From positions 96,001 to 160,000 of the forward strand of contig CAVRCI010000005.1 in assembly GCA_963719495.1 (NCBI GenBank): a stretch of 64,000 bases of DNA. The letters run 5' to 3'. The notes under the pieces are model-generated. The model saw nothing but the letters and a program-made list of their open reading frames with translations, was not told where the DNA came from and did not search any database. Positions 39,600 to 49,019 of this stretch are shown piece by piece. How positions within the stretch are numbered: the stretch's first letter is position 1; each line of letters begins with the position of its first letter. This stretch comes from an uncultured Verrucomicrobiae bacterium. Its GTDB lineage: Bacteria > Verrucomicrobiota > Verrucomicrobiia > Chthoniobacterales > JAATET01. The position numbers and the translations under genes were made by a program.

Positions 39600-40073
39600 C
39601 TACTCCCCCAACGCCCGCAATTCCTGTAGAGTCCAAAACCGCTGCCGCACCTTCGTCTCCGCCCGCAGCGCCGCCACCTCCTCACTCGACACCTCCGCGC
39701 CACCCGAAGCGCCGAAGCCCCCCCACTCGCTCCGCACGTAGCCCGCCACGGCCGCGATCTCCTCGTCATCCAGGGAGTCCCGCCAAGCCGGCATCACCCC
39801 GCCGCCAATTGGCCCGCGCAAACCATCGAGCAGGATCGCAATCAACGGACGCACCGGACCCGTCACCAACTCCGCCCCCACCAGCGAACGCACCGACGCA
39901 TTCACGCCCAGCCCCTCCACCCCGTGGCAAACCACGCACGACCGTCGGTAAATCACCTTCCCCTTCGCAATCCCCTCCAACGTCGGCTTCGGACCACACC
40001 CGCCGAACCCGAGCATCACCGCCCCCACTCCGACAGCCGCAGTCACCCAGCGCGTAGCACCCAGCGCCCTCAT
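39600..40073 (-). CDS. Cytochrome c lipoprotein
   Basis: CVVCH heme motif, distal GVMP, lipobox-like GGC. Confidence 0.85.
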   Translation of the reverse strand: MRALGATRWVTAAVGVGAVMLGFGGCGPKPTLEGIAKGKVIYRRSCVVCHGVEGLGVNASVRSLVGAELVTGPVRPLIAILLDGLRGPIGGGVMPAWRDSLDDEEIAAVAGYVRSEWGGFGASGGAEVSSEEVAALRAETKVRQRFWTLQELRALGE

Positions 40074-40738
40074 CCCTTCGAATGCTCCTTCAGCACCCGC
40101 CGAAGATCCTCCGCCATCGCCTCACCGTTCGCCAATTGATCGTGCCGGTAGGTCGCGATCAATTTCCCCTCCGGATCGAGCATGAATACCGTCGACGAGT
40201 GATCCACCGTGTAGTCATCCGTCCCCTCGAGCGGGTGCGCGTCGTAAAAAACCCCGTAGTCCTTCGCCACGGCCGCGATTTGCTCCGGCGTCCCGGTCAG
40301 CCCCACAAACGACGGATCGAAGAACGGAACGTAGCCCTTCAGCACCTCCGGCGTATCCCGTTCCGGATCGACCGAAATAAACACCATCTGAGCTCGCGCC
40401 CGCTCCTCCGGAGTCAGCAGCCGATCCAGCATCGCCAGGTTCGCCAACCCGACCGGACAAACGTTCGGGCAACTCGTGAACCCGAAATACAGGTAACTCA
40501 CCTTCCCCGCCAGATCCGCCTTCCCGAAGGCCTCCCCGTCCTGATCCGTCAGCGAAAAATCCGCCGCCGGCTGCAAATCGTAGAGCAACCCACCGTAAAA
40601 CGGCGCTGGCCTCCGCGAATCCAGATACTTCGGCAAACCAATGATGATCCCCACCGCCAGGATCACGAACACGATCCAGACACCGGTCGTGAACGTGAAT
40701 TTCTTTGGTCGCCGCGCAACCCGCTCGTGATCACTCAC
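40070..40738 (-). CDS. SCO1/SenC-family copper protein
   Basis: FGFTSCPNVCP, SVDPERDT, VDHS. Confidence 0.93.
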   Translation of the reverse strand: MSDHERVARRPKKFTFTTGVWIVFVILAVGIIIGLPKYLDSRRPAPFYGGLLYDLQPAADFSLTDQDGEAFGKADLAGKVSYLYFGFTSCPNVCPVGLANLAMLDRLLTPEERARAQMVFISVDPERDTPEVLKGYVPFFDPSFVGLTGTPEQIAAVAKDYGVFYDAHPLEGTDDYTVDHSSTVFMLDPEGKLIATYRHDQLANGEAMAEDLRRVLKEHSKG

Positions 40739-41199
40739 GGCTTCGGAGCGGCCATGAGCACCGTCGCCGGAATGTTGACCTTCCGCCCACCCGGCTCGAA
40801 CTCGAGCGTGATCTCCACCGTCTCGCCGAGCTTCGGATGCTCCGACAATTTCATCAGCATCAGGTGATCCCCACCCGGCTTGAGCGTCACCGATTCGCCA
40901 GCCGCGATCTTCACTTCCGGCACCGTCTCCATCCCCATCACCGTCTGACCGCCCTCTTCGCGCTTCGTCGAGATCATCGGCGCCACCATGCCGGCGATGT
41001 CCGTCGATCCACCGACGAGACTCACGTCCTCCGCACCCGTATTCTTGATCACGAAATACGCCGCCGTCGCCGACATCGCCTCCGGCACCGCTCGCACCCA
41101 GGGCGTTTCGATCACGATCGTCTCATCCGCACCCCGCACCCCCGCCAAACTCAATCCCACCAACAAACCAACTGCCGCCAACGTCCGTAATCCAATCAT
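40735..41199 (-). CDS. Copper chaperone PCu(A)C
   Basis: PWVRA...TAAYF, M..M...LKPGGDHLML. Confidence 0.9.
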   Translation of the reverse strand: MIGLRTLAAVGLLVGLSLAGVRGADETIVIETPWVRAVPEAMSATAAYFVIKNTGAEDVSLVGGSTDIAGMVAPMISTKREEGGQTVMGMETVPEVKIAAGESVTLKPGGDHLMLMKLSEHPKLGETVEITLEFEPGGRKVNIPATVLMAAPKP

Positions 41200-41319
41200 C
41201 GAACCACGTTCCCCGAGATTTTCTCGAAATCAAGCCGAAGAACCCCGAACCCATCCGTACAAGCAAAGGGCACGACGCCCGAAAGCGCCGTGCCCCTCCC
41301 CAGAGAAGACTTTCCCGGA

Positions 41320-42024
41320 TTAAGACCGCGCCGCCCGGCGCCGCCCGACAACCCAGCCGCCGACCGCGAGCCCGGCCACGACCAGCATCCCGACCGTGCC
41401 CGGCTCAGGAACCACTTCGAACTGATACGCCACCGGCCCGCTCGAAGTCGCCATCCCGCCCGGCAGCACCGCCGAGGCTTCAAATTGCACCGAATAGAGT
41501 CCCGTCGCCGTGAACGCCCAGTTGAAGTGCTGATGCGTACTCGTCGAAAGCGTGATCGAATCCGCGGCGGAGATCCCGTCGCCCGAATCGAAGAATTTGG
41601 TGACGACGCCTAAGCCGTCTTCGGTATACAGCGAGAAGGAACCAGGACCGGAGACGCTCACCAGGTTGAACGTAAGCGTATCGCCAACAAAAGTTCCGGA
41701 GTCGATCTCCTCCGTTGCCAGACCGAGATAGAGGAGATTGGGGTCCTGATCCTGGGGTAGGATCCAAACCGCGTCTCCGGGCGAACCGAGGAAGGACTTC
41801 TGAGGATCGGCCGAGACCGTCGTTTGCGCTCCCGCCGCGACGAAGAGCGTCGCGTCGCCTGGCTCGTATTCTTCGTCAGCGGTCTCGTCGTGAACGTGCA
41901 AATCCCAAGCGTCGTCTTCGTAAGCGATGCCGATGTCGACGTCACCGAGCGATAAGACAACCGCGTTGGCCGACCCGAAGAGGGTCATTGCTAGAGTGAA
42001 GGATAGGATGGATGGCAGTTTCAT
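41320..42024 (-). CDS. PEP-CTERM surface protein with a surface-anchored (choice-of-anchor M-like) domain
   Basis: Signal peptide, LHVHDE, FLG.PG..VWILPQ, HQHFNWAFT..G.Y, VPEPG + TM + RRR. Confidence 0.85.
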   Translation of the reverse strand: MKLPSILSFTLAMTLFGSANAVVLSLGDVDIGIAYEDDAWDLHVHDETADEEYEPGDATLFVAAGAQTTVSADPQKSFLGSPGDAVWILPQDQDPNLLYLGLATEEIDSGTFVGDTLTFNLVSVSGPGSFSLYTEDGLGVVTKFFDSGDGISAADSITLSTSTHQHFNWAFTATGLYSVQFEASAVLPGGMATSSGPVAYQFEVVPEPGTVGMLVVAGLAVGGWVVGRRRAARS

Positions 42025-42830
42025 ACTTTGGTTTGTTTTGGTTTTGGTTGAGAGATTCGAAAGCGGCAGACGACCGCGATGCCGGCGATCACCAGCAGAC
42101 CGATCACCCCGGGCTCGGGGATGGCCATCGGCTGATGTTCCACTCCGAAGTGCCACGTCGTCACCGGCGAGCTGACCGTCTGCATCGAGCCCGCCAACAC
42201 GCCCGAGAGCTGGAAGTCGATCTGGTAGTAACCCGCGCGACTGAACCCCCAATTCACGTGGGAATGACCGCCCTCGAGCTGATAGTAGATGTCGTCCCCG
42301 GTGATGCCCCCGTCCGCCGTCGACATCCAGACCTTCGGAGCGCCACTCGCGAATTGCCACAACGCGAAGTCCGCACTATCAGGCGTGCCATCGAGATCGA
42401 AAAATCGCACATCGATCAGACTGACCTTTAGCCATCGAGCCGCCGTCGGCGCTCGCGGATCTCCCGTCGGGATCGACGCGAAGGTCCCCGGCGCGATGCT
42501 CTGGGCCTCGAATCCCGCGTAGATCCGACCGGGCTCGCTCAGAACGGGCCAGATAAAAATCGGCTCTCCGGCGGCGACTCCGAGAAAATCCCACTGACCG
42601 CCCGCTGGTCGCGTGGCCGCCGTCGACCCCGAGGGTCCGTCGAAAAACAAGGTATCCGCTGGATCGTAGACCCCTGAATCCGCGTTCGCCCGCACCCCCA
42701 TCCCGTCCGCAGCGGAATACGTGAAGCCCACGATATCCACGTGCTCGTCGGTCACGACGGTGTATCCCCACGTCGGCAACGCCGCGGCCAAGCAGCCCAC
42801 CATAGCCAATCCTAAAGCTCGTCCTTTCAT
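42021..42830 (-). CDS. PEP-CTERM surface protein with a choice-of-anchor M-like domain
   Basis: EHVD, WDFLGVAAGEPI.IWP, GHSHVNWGFS..G.Y, IPEPG + TM. Confidence 0.85.
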   Translation of the reverse strand: MKGRALGLAMVGCLAAALPTWGYTVVTDEHVDIVGFTYSAADGMGVRANADSGVYDPADTLFFDGPSGSTAATRPAGGQWDFLGVAAGEPIFIWPVLSEPGRIYAGFEAQSIAPGTFASIPTGDPRAPTAARWLKVSLIDVRFFDLDGTPDSADFALWQFASGAPKVWMSTADGGITGDDIYYQLEGGHSHVNWGFSRAGYYQIDFQLSGVLAGSMQTVSSPVTTWHFGVEHQPMAIPEPGVIGLLVIAGIAVVCRFRISQPKPKQTKV

Positions 42831-43555
42831 GAATTGTTCTCCAAATCCGGCGGCCGGGCGATGTTGTCTCCGCGGTCCAACCGCTCCTTCACTTCGCTCG
42901 CCTTGATGTTTTCCACGTGGCCGTCGCCGAACAGATAATTTGCCGAGCCGTTCAAGTTGTCCGCCGCCTCGGATTTCGTGAAGCGATCCGGTGCCAGGTC
43001 GGCGCACAGCGCGGCCCAGTTTCCGTCCCACCGCTCGGAGTGCGTGTGGTCATTTTGCATGCTCGCGCCCTGGTCGTCCGATATGTTGCCAGCGAAAAGA
43101 GTCTTCGATGGCTCGCTCAGGTAGCGCAGATTATTGAGCGATCCCGGCATCACCTCGCCAAAAGGTCCGATTCTCGGCACGAAGACGAAGCTGTTGAGGA
43201 TGTAACTCGTCCCGTCCGCCGCGAGCCGCTCGGCTCCCTTCGGATCCGCCGGGCAGATCCGCACCTCGTCGACGTTGCCCAGGTAGGGCTTCAACGCAAA
43301 GATCCACGCTTGGTCGATGTCCGTCCCGAGTTCGTGCGTCGTCCCGGGCAGAGAGCCATCGTGATCATTCGCGTAAAGCAGAATCGCCGTCCCAACCTGC
43401 CGCAGGTTCGACGAACATTCCGCCCGCTGCGCCGCAACGACCATTCCCTGCACCGACGGCACCAGGAATGCCGCCAGGACGGAAACGATCGCCACCACCA
43501 CCAGGATCTCCACCAGCGTGAATCCTCGCGTCTTTTTCCGTTCCTCGATCCGCAT
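42827..43555 (-). CDS. Prepilin-type N-terminal cleavage / H-X9-DG family protein
   Basis: RGFTLVEILVVVAI, C.SNLRQ, CPAD, SY.LN, DHTH, ANYLFGDGHV. Confidence 0.9.
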   Translation of the reverse strand: MRIEERKKTRGFTLVEILVVVAIVSVLAAFLVPSVQGMVVAAQRAECSSNLRQVGTAILLYANDHDGSLPGTTHELGTDIDQAWIFALKPYLGNVDEVRICPADPKGAERLAADGTSYILNSFVFVPRIGPFGEVMPGSLNNLRYLSEPSKTLFAGNISDDQGASMQNDHTHSERWDGNWAALCADLAPDRFTKSEAADNLNGSANYLFGDGHVENIKASEVKERLDRGDNIARPPDLENNS

Positions 43556-43686
43556 TGCCGGGTCACCTTCGCCAACAAAATCTCTAATGCAAGTGAATTT
43601 TGAATCGAGAGTGTGAAGCTATAGGAATTCAATTTGAACCTTCCCGTGCCGTTGACATCCCGCGCGACCGCCATTACGTCATCCCC

Positions 43687-44091
43687 GTGTTTGCGAACCC
43701 GCGCTCCATTCTTCGCCGCGTCGCGCCGTCGATGCTCTGCGCCGCGCTCTTCGCGCTGGTCGGCGGGCACCTCGCCGTCGTGCAGGTCGTCGCGTGGGGC
43801 CAGATGCTCGGCCAGTATTCGCAGGAGGAAGGCTCCGTGTTCGCCGGGGCGGCCAAGACCTTCGGAGGCGACGCCCCCTGCGACCTGTGTCGTCGCGTCA
43901 CCAAGGCCCGAACCAACGAGGATCAACGCCCACCCGCCCTCAAAGCCGACAAAAAAATCGAAGGCCTCCTCGTGGCAACCGCGGCACTCGTCCGCACCCC
44001 GCCGACCCGCGACGCCACCTACCCACTTTCTCCGACGGCGACTCCGCCGTCCCGCACCGACGCCCCACCCGCGCCCGTCCCGCTAGCCTGA
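43687..44091 (+). CDS. Small CxxC / Pro-rich-tail protein (DUF2946-like)
   Basis: Hydrophobic N-terminus, GGH...Q..AW..M, PCDLC, C-terminal RTDAPPAPVP. Confidence 0.65.
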   Translation: MFANPRSILRRVAPSMLCAALFALVGGHLAVVQVVAWGQMLGQYSQEEGSVFAGAAKTFGGDAPCDLCRRVTKARTNEDQRPPALKADKKIEGLLVATAALVRTPPTRDATYPLSPTATPPSRTDAPPAPVPLA

Positions 44092-44188
44092 CGACCTAAC
44101 CCAGGTCCGCCCGAGCACCCGCGTGTCCGGGCAAAACGTCAGAGGAAAACCCCGGGGCAGATCCGCGCCCCGGCACCGGGAACATGTC

Positions 44189-44926
44189 GTGCAAGCCAGC
44201 ATCAATTCAAGGAGCGGCGATTTGCAATCGCCGAACCAACCCAAAAGGCAAAGCCTTCAAATCAAATCGAAAACCGCCGCATGCAGCCACGATCGAGCCT
44301 TCACGCTCATCGAACTGCTCGCCGTCCTCGCGATCGTCGCCGTCCTGACGTCATTCGCGCTCGCCGGTTACCAGCGCACCCTCGATTCCGCCAAGGCGAC
44401 GCAGTGCCTCGGGCACCTGCGCGCCATCGGCGTGGCGGCGGCGCTGTTTTCGTCGGACCACGATGGACTCTTCCCGCAATCGACCCACCAGGGTCCGGGC
44501 GAGGCGTGGCAATACGTCCTTCCGGCATATTTGGAGGGTCGCGATAAGGAAGTGTTCAAGTCCCCGGTCGCACCGAATCCCCGGCAAGACTTCAGCTACG
44601 CCATCAACGATTTCCTCACCCGGAGCCCCTACGGCGCTCCGGATCTCAACCTGTCGCGGCGCCAGAACGTGGGCACCCCGACGGCCACCCTCTTCTTCAC
44701 TCTCATGACCGCCGCCTACGGGCCGACCGATCATTTCCATTTCGCCAGCGCGGAGGACGGCGGCGCTTCCGTCGCCGGCTTCGCGAGCCAGGTGGAAACG
44801 GACGTCGCCAACGGCCGCGGTCATTACCTCTTCGTCGATGGCCACGTCTCGGCCATCCCGTGGGAGCAAATCCAAACCGAACTCCGCCGCCCTGGATCGA
44901 CCTTCGTCGACCCCCGCGGCGACTGA
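44189..44926 (+). CDS. Prepilin-type N-terminal cleavage / H-X9-DG family protein (start uncertain, 44123-44189)
   Basis: RAFTLIELLAVLAI, C..HLR, SYAIN, DHFH, YLFVDGHV. Confidence 0.85.
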   Translation: MQASINSRSGDLQSPNQPKRQSLQIKSKTAACSHDRAFTLIELLAVLAIVAVLTSFALAGYQRTLDSAKATQCLGHLRAIGVAAALFSSDHDGLFPQSTHQGPGEAWQYVLPAYLEGRDKEVFKSPVAPNPRQDFSYAINDFLTRSPYGAPDLNLSRRQNVGTPTATLFFTLMTAAYGPTDHFHFASAEDGGASVAGFASQVETDVANGRGHYLFVDGHVSAIPWEQIQTELRRPGSTFVDPRGD

Positions 44927-44965
44927 TCGAAACAAAAACGAACAAAAACGAACAAAACTCATCAC

Positions 44966-45667
44966 ATGAAAATCACGACCATCCTCGCGGCCCTCGCGGC
45001 CCTCTCCACCATCCCGGCGCTTCCCGCGCAGCACAACCACGCCTACGCCGGCGACTTCAACAACGACGGCTTCCTCGACTTCGGCAACACCGCCACCGGC
45101 GACCCCGTCAGTGATCTCGGCACCCGCACGATGGCCTTCGAGCCGACCGGGAACGACTACGCCGACGAGGGATTCCTCTACAACGGCGCGTGGACCCCGA
45201 CCGTGCTCAGCGGAAGAGACGTCGGCACCGGCAGCAACCCGAGCGGCCCCCGCAGCGGCGATTTCGTGAATCTCGTGCTCTTCGCGGTTTCCGGCCCCGT
45301 CGGGGCGACCTTCGGAATCTACGAGAGCGGAGCCACGGCCGTGACGTTGACGATGACGACTGGCATGACCAACGGCGCGAGCTCGATCCCGCTCACGGCG
45401 CAGAACTTCTTCGACGGCACTCCGTCCAACCCCTACGGGCACATCCACGGTCGCCGCTGGGTCGCGACCGACGCGGGTGATTACACCGTCACCTGGGCGC
45501 TCACCAACACGGGCACCGTCGGCACGCAGAACAGTCAGTTCGCCCCGAGCGGTCTCCAATTCTTCACGCAGACCTTCAGCGCCGTGCCCGAGCCCGGGAC
45601 CATCGCGCTACTCGCCCTTGCCTCTGGCGTGGGTCTCTACGCCTGGCGCCGCCGTCGGCAATCGTAA
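44966..45667 (+). CDS. His-bearing PEP-CTERM surface protein
   Basis: Signal peptide then QHNH; PYGHIHGRR; VPEPG + TM + RRRR. Confidence 0.88.
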   Translation: MKITTILAALAALSTIPALPAQHNHAYAGDFNNDGFLDFGNTATGDPVSDLGTRTMAFEPTGNDYADEGFLYNGAWTPTVLSGRDVGTGSNPSGPRSGDFVNLVLFAVSGPVGATFGIYESGATAVTLTMTTGMTNGASSIPLTAQNFFDGTPSNPYGHIHGRRWVATDAGDYTVTWALTNTGTVGTQNSQFAPSGLQFFTQTFSAVPEPGTIALLALASGVGLYAWRRRRQS

Positions 45668-45706
45668 CCTTCCGGTGATCGAATCCCGGTCCGGCCAGCC
45701 CACCCG

Positions 45707-48052
45707 GTGACCTTGTCGGCCCCCGCGATTCGCCCGCCTCTGCCTCGAGCCGCGGCTCTGCTCCTCGCGAGCGGGGCCGCGGGTCTCGCGCACCAGATCC
45801 TCTGGATGCGCCTCATGGTCGACGCGCTTGGTGCCGACAGCGGCACGTTCGCCGTCGTCGCCGGCGCGTTCTTCCTCGGTCTCTCGCTCGGCTCGCTCGC
45901 CGCCAGCCGATTCGTTCCAAAGCGCCCGGCTTTCGCGATCGCCGCCGCGGAAACGTCCGTGGCCCTGCTCGCCGTCGTCGTCCTTCTCGTCGCTCGTTCG
46001 GACTGGTTTCTAGCCGTCCCGCCAGCCGCCGCCGAAGTTCTCAAAAACGTCCTGCCGCTCGTCCTCGTCGGCCTCCCCGCCGCCGCGATGGGCCTCGTTT
46101 TCCCCTGGCTCGTTTGGGCCATCCACGCCACCCCCCGCGCGACCGTCGCGCTCTACGCCGTCAACACCGTCGGCGGCGTCGCGGGCATCGCCGCCACCTG
46201 CCTCGCCATCCTCCCGGGCCTCGGTCTCACCGCCGCCGTCCTGATCACCGCGACCGCCAACCTTTTCGCGGCCATCCTCGCTCTCGGGCTCCACCCATCC
46301 CGCGCCGCCAATCCAACGGCCCGGGAGTCCGCCCCCCGCGACCGCAACCTCGCCGCGCTCGCCTTCGGGTCGGGTTTCCTCATCCTTGCCCAGGAAACGG
46401 TCGTCCAACACCAGGTCGCGCAGATCACGATCAATTCGCTTTTCTCGAGCGCGGCGGTGCTGACCGCCGTCCTCGTCGCCCTCGCCGCCGCGGCGGCGCT
46501 CAATCCGCTCGTGCCGCGCCTCTCGCGCGTCGCCCCGGCTCTCGCCCTCGCGGCGCTCGCGTGCGCCGCCCAGCCGTTCGTTTTTAGCGCCTGGACGGGC
46601 AATCTGATCCCGCTTTCCTGGAAACTCGCCCCGCCCGCGTATTACGCGCAGACGGCCGCGCTACTCGCGATCACCGTCGTGCCGCTTTTCTTCGCCGCCG
46701 GCCTCGTCTTCCCCGCCGCCCTGCGTCTCGCCCGTCCCTCCCAGGTCGGCGTTCTCCTGGCTTGGAACGGCCTCGGCGGCTGGCTCGGCGCGGAAATGAC
46801 CAACCGCTTCCTCGCCCCGACCTTCGGCCTCTGGCAAACGGTTCTGCTCTTCGGCTGCGGTTACGCGGCCCTGCTCACCCTCCGGCGCCCGACCCTGGCG
46901 ATCGCCGCCATCGTCGTCGTCATCGTCGCTCTCCCCTTCGCCGCCCGACTCCCCCAGGCCGCCGCCCAGCGCGGTGAGCATATCAGCCATCTCACCGTCG
47001 CGCGCGAGGGCGTCGTCGCCTTGGTTCAGCGCAACCCGCGAGACCGCCGCATTCTCTTCAATAACACCTACTCGCTCGGCGGCTCGCTCGCCCGGCGCAA
47101 TCAGGAACGCCAGGCCCACCTCCCGATTCTGCTCCACGGCGGGGCGCGCAACGTGGCCACGCTCGGCGTCGCCACCGGCAGCACCCTCGCCGGAGCCGCG
47201 CAACACCCCGACGTCGAGCGACTCACCGCCATCGAACTCAGCCCCGCCGCCGCCCGCATCGCCCGCGAAGAATTTTCGACCGTCAACGAGGACGTTTTCG
47301 CCGACCTCCGCATCGACCTCCGCCTCGGCGACGCCCGGTGGGAGATCGCGCGCCACGCCGCGACTTACGACGTGGTCGTGGGCGACCTCTTCCTCCCGTG
47401 GCGCACCGGCGAAGGCCGACTCTTCACCCGCGAGCACTTCGAAAACGTTCGCCGCTCCCTGCGACCCGACGGCCTCTTCTGCCAATGGCTGCCGCTCTTC
47501 CAACTCACCCGCGCCCAATTCGACGTGATCGTCCGCACGTTTTCGAGCGTCTTCCCCGGCGCGTTTCTCGTGCGCGGCGATTTCTACGCCGACCAACCCA
47601 TCGTTGGCCTCGTCGGCGGACGCGTCCTCGATTCCATCCGTTGGGACGCCGTCGAGACCGCCGCCCGCCGCATCTCCGCCGCCACCTCCGACCCGCTTGT
47701 CACCCACGCCGAGGGCGTCGCGATGCTCACGCTCGGCCCCGCCCCCGAACCGGGACCCGGCCCCATCAACACACTGGGCAACGCCTGGCTCGAGTGGAAC
47801 GCCGGGCGCAACGTCGTCGGTCTCGCCGAGCCTTGGTTCACCGATGACGCCTTTCGCACGTTCGCCGCCGACCTCAGCGCCGCCAGCCGCGACCACCTGC
47901 CCACCGACCTGCGCGACGCCCACGCCGGCGGCGAGAAACTCGCCCGGGATCCCGGCCTCCGACCCGAGTCCGTGCTTCCCGCGAGTCTGCGCGATGACCT
48001 GACAGCCGACTGGACCGAATGGCCGGGGCGCCCGAAACCGTTCGCGCGATGA
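45707..48052 (+). CDS. Membrane-fused spermidine synthase-like SAM-dependent enzyme
   Basis: SGAAGLAHQILW.R, LYAVNT.G TM region, then LGVATGST, IELSP, GDAR, YDVVVGDLF, FTREHF, QWLP. Confidence 0.85.
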   Translation: MTLSAPAIRPPLPRAAALLLASGAAGLAHQILWMRLMVDALGADSGTFAVVAGAFFLGLSLGSLAASRFVPKRPAFAIAAAETSVALLAVVVLLVARSDWFLAVPPAAAEVLKNVLPLVLVGLPAAAMGLVFPWLVWAIHATPRATVALYAVNTVGGVAGIAATCLAILPGLGLTAAVLITATANLFAAILALGLHPSRAANPTARESAPRDRNLAALAFGSGFLILAQETVVQHQVAQITINSLFSSAAVLTAVLVALAAAAALNPLVPRLSRVAPALALAALACAAQPFVFSAWTGNLIPLSWKLAPPAYYAQTAALLAITVVPLFFAAGLVFPAALRLARPSQVGVLLAWNGLGGWLGAEMTNRFLAPTFGLWQTVLLFGCGYAALLTLRRPTLAIAAIVVVIVALPFAARLPQAAAQRGEHISHLTVAREGVVALVQRNPRDRRILFNNTYSLGGSLARRNQERQAHLPILLHGGARNVATLGVATGSTLAGAAQHPDVERLTAIELSPAAARIAREEFSTVNEDVFADLRIDLRLGDARWEIARHAATYDVVVGDLFLPWRTGEGRLFTREHFENVRRSLRPDGLFCQWLPLFQLTRAQFDVIVRTFSSVFPGAFLVRGDFYADQPIVGLVGGRVLDSIRWDAVETAARRISAATSDPLVTHAEGVAMLTLGPAPEPGPGPINTLGNAWLEWNAGRNVVGLAEPWFTDDAFRTFAADLSAASRDHLPTDLRDAHAGGEKLARDPGLRPESVLPASLRDDLTADWTEWPGRPKPFAR

Positions 48053-48120
48053 CCGGTCCCCGACCCGGGAAAATTTTCCCGCCTTGCACCGCGGCGCGCC
48101 CGGGTTTCAATTGAAACGCC

Positions 48121-48432
48121 ATGTATGACACCGGAGAAAAAGTCGTTTGCGTCGACGGCAAGTTCGAGCCGCTCCACAAACACATTTACAAAGCCCTGCC
48201 CACCGAAGGCACCGTCTACACCGTCCGCGAGTGCTCGATCGGTCGATCCTCGACCGGCGTAAGTTACCGCGTCCTCCTCGAAGAACTGGTCAACGGCCCC
48301 GACCCCTACATGCACGAGAGCAACGCCGAAGAACTCGGCTTCCGCTCCGACCGCTTCGCCCCCATGATCAGCAACGAGCAGGAAGAAGAAGAAGAAATGG
48401 CCCTCCCCGACGCCATCGGCGTCCCGGGTTGA
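48121..48432 (+). CDS. Hypothetical small protein (SH3-like beta-rich, acidic tail)
   Basis: Host-like codon bias; GEKVVCVD...G.VYTVR...F...RF.P pattern. Confidence 0.65.
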   Translation: MYDTGEKVVCVDGKFEPLHKHIYKALPTEGTVYTVRECSIGRSSTGVSYRVLLEELVNGPDPYMHESNAEELGFRSDRFAPMISNEQEEEEEMALPDAIGVPG

Positions 48433-48460
48433 CGAATTGGTCGCGACTCCGGGCGTCGTA

Positions 48461-48937
48461 TCAAAAAATCGCCGCCACCACGAACCATCCGATCATCACC
48501 AACCCGATCCCAAATTTCCCCACGATCCCCGCCGTCGTCCCGACCAACGTCCCCCAGCCTGACTTCCCCGCCGGCAAGATTCCCTTCCCCCCCAGAATTT
48601 CCCCCACGACGGCCCCGACCAGCGGCCCGACGAAAATCCCGATCAGCCCAAAAAACAAACCCACCACCGCGCCTAAAATCCCGCCAATCGCCCCCCACCG
48701 CGTCGCGCCAAACCACTTCGCCCCCAGCGATCCACTCACGATATCGAGCGCCTGCGCCACGATCGCCAGCACGATCAATGCAATCAGCGTCGACCAACCG
48801 ACCACCCCCACGAAGGCGTGCAGGAGAATCGCCCCGGCTAAAATCAGCACCGTCCCGGGGATCAACGGCACCACCGTCCCCGCCAATCCGACCAACATCA
48901 AAAACACCGAAAGCGTCCACCAAAAAATATCCGACAT
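48461..48937 (-). CDS. DUF456-family membrane protein
   Basis: VGLAGTVVPLIPG, AKWFGATRWGAIGG, GPLVGAVVGE. Confidence 0.88.
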   Translation of the reverse strand: MSDIFWWTLSVFLMLVGLAGTVVPLIPGTVLILAGAILLHAFVGVVGWSTLIALIVLAIVAQALDIVSGSLGAKWFGATRWGAIGGILGAVVGLFFGLIGIFVGPLVGAVVGEILGGKGILPAGKSGWGTLVGTTAGIVGKFGIGLVMIGWFVVAAIF

Positions 48938-49019
48938 CGCCGCCGAACCTGCGCCGATCCCGGTCGAAAGCAAGCCCTCCGCTCGACTTCTCCGCCCGCC
49001 AAAGTTATCACGACCCGTC

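Noticed and set aside
43586..43608. Fur/Zur-like box (AATGCAA-N7-TTGAATC) in the AT-rich divergent promoter of the metal locus
   Set aside because: Only about 5 of 7 arm positions are symmetric; not supportable without a lineage-specific matrix.
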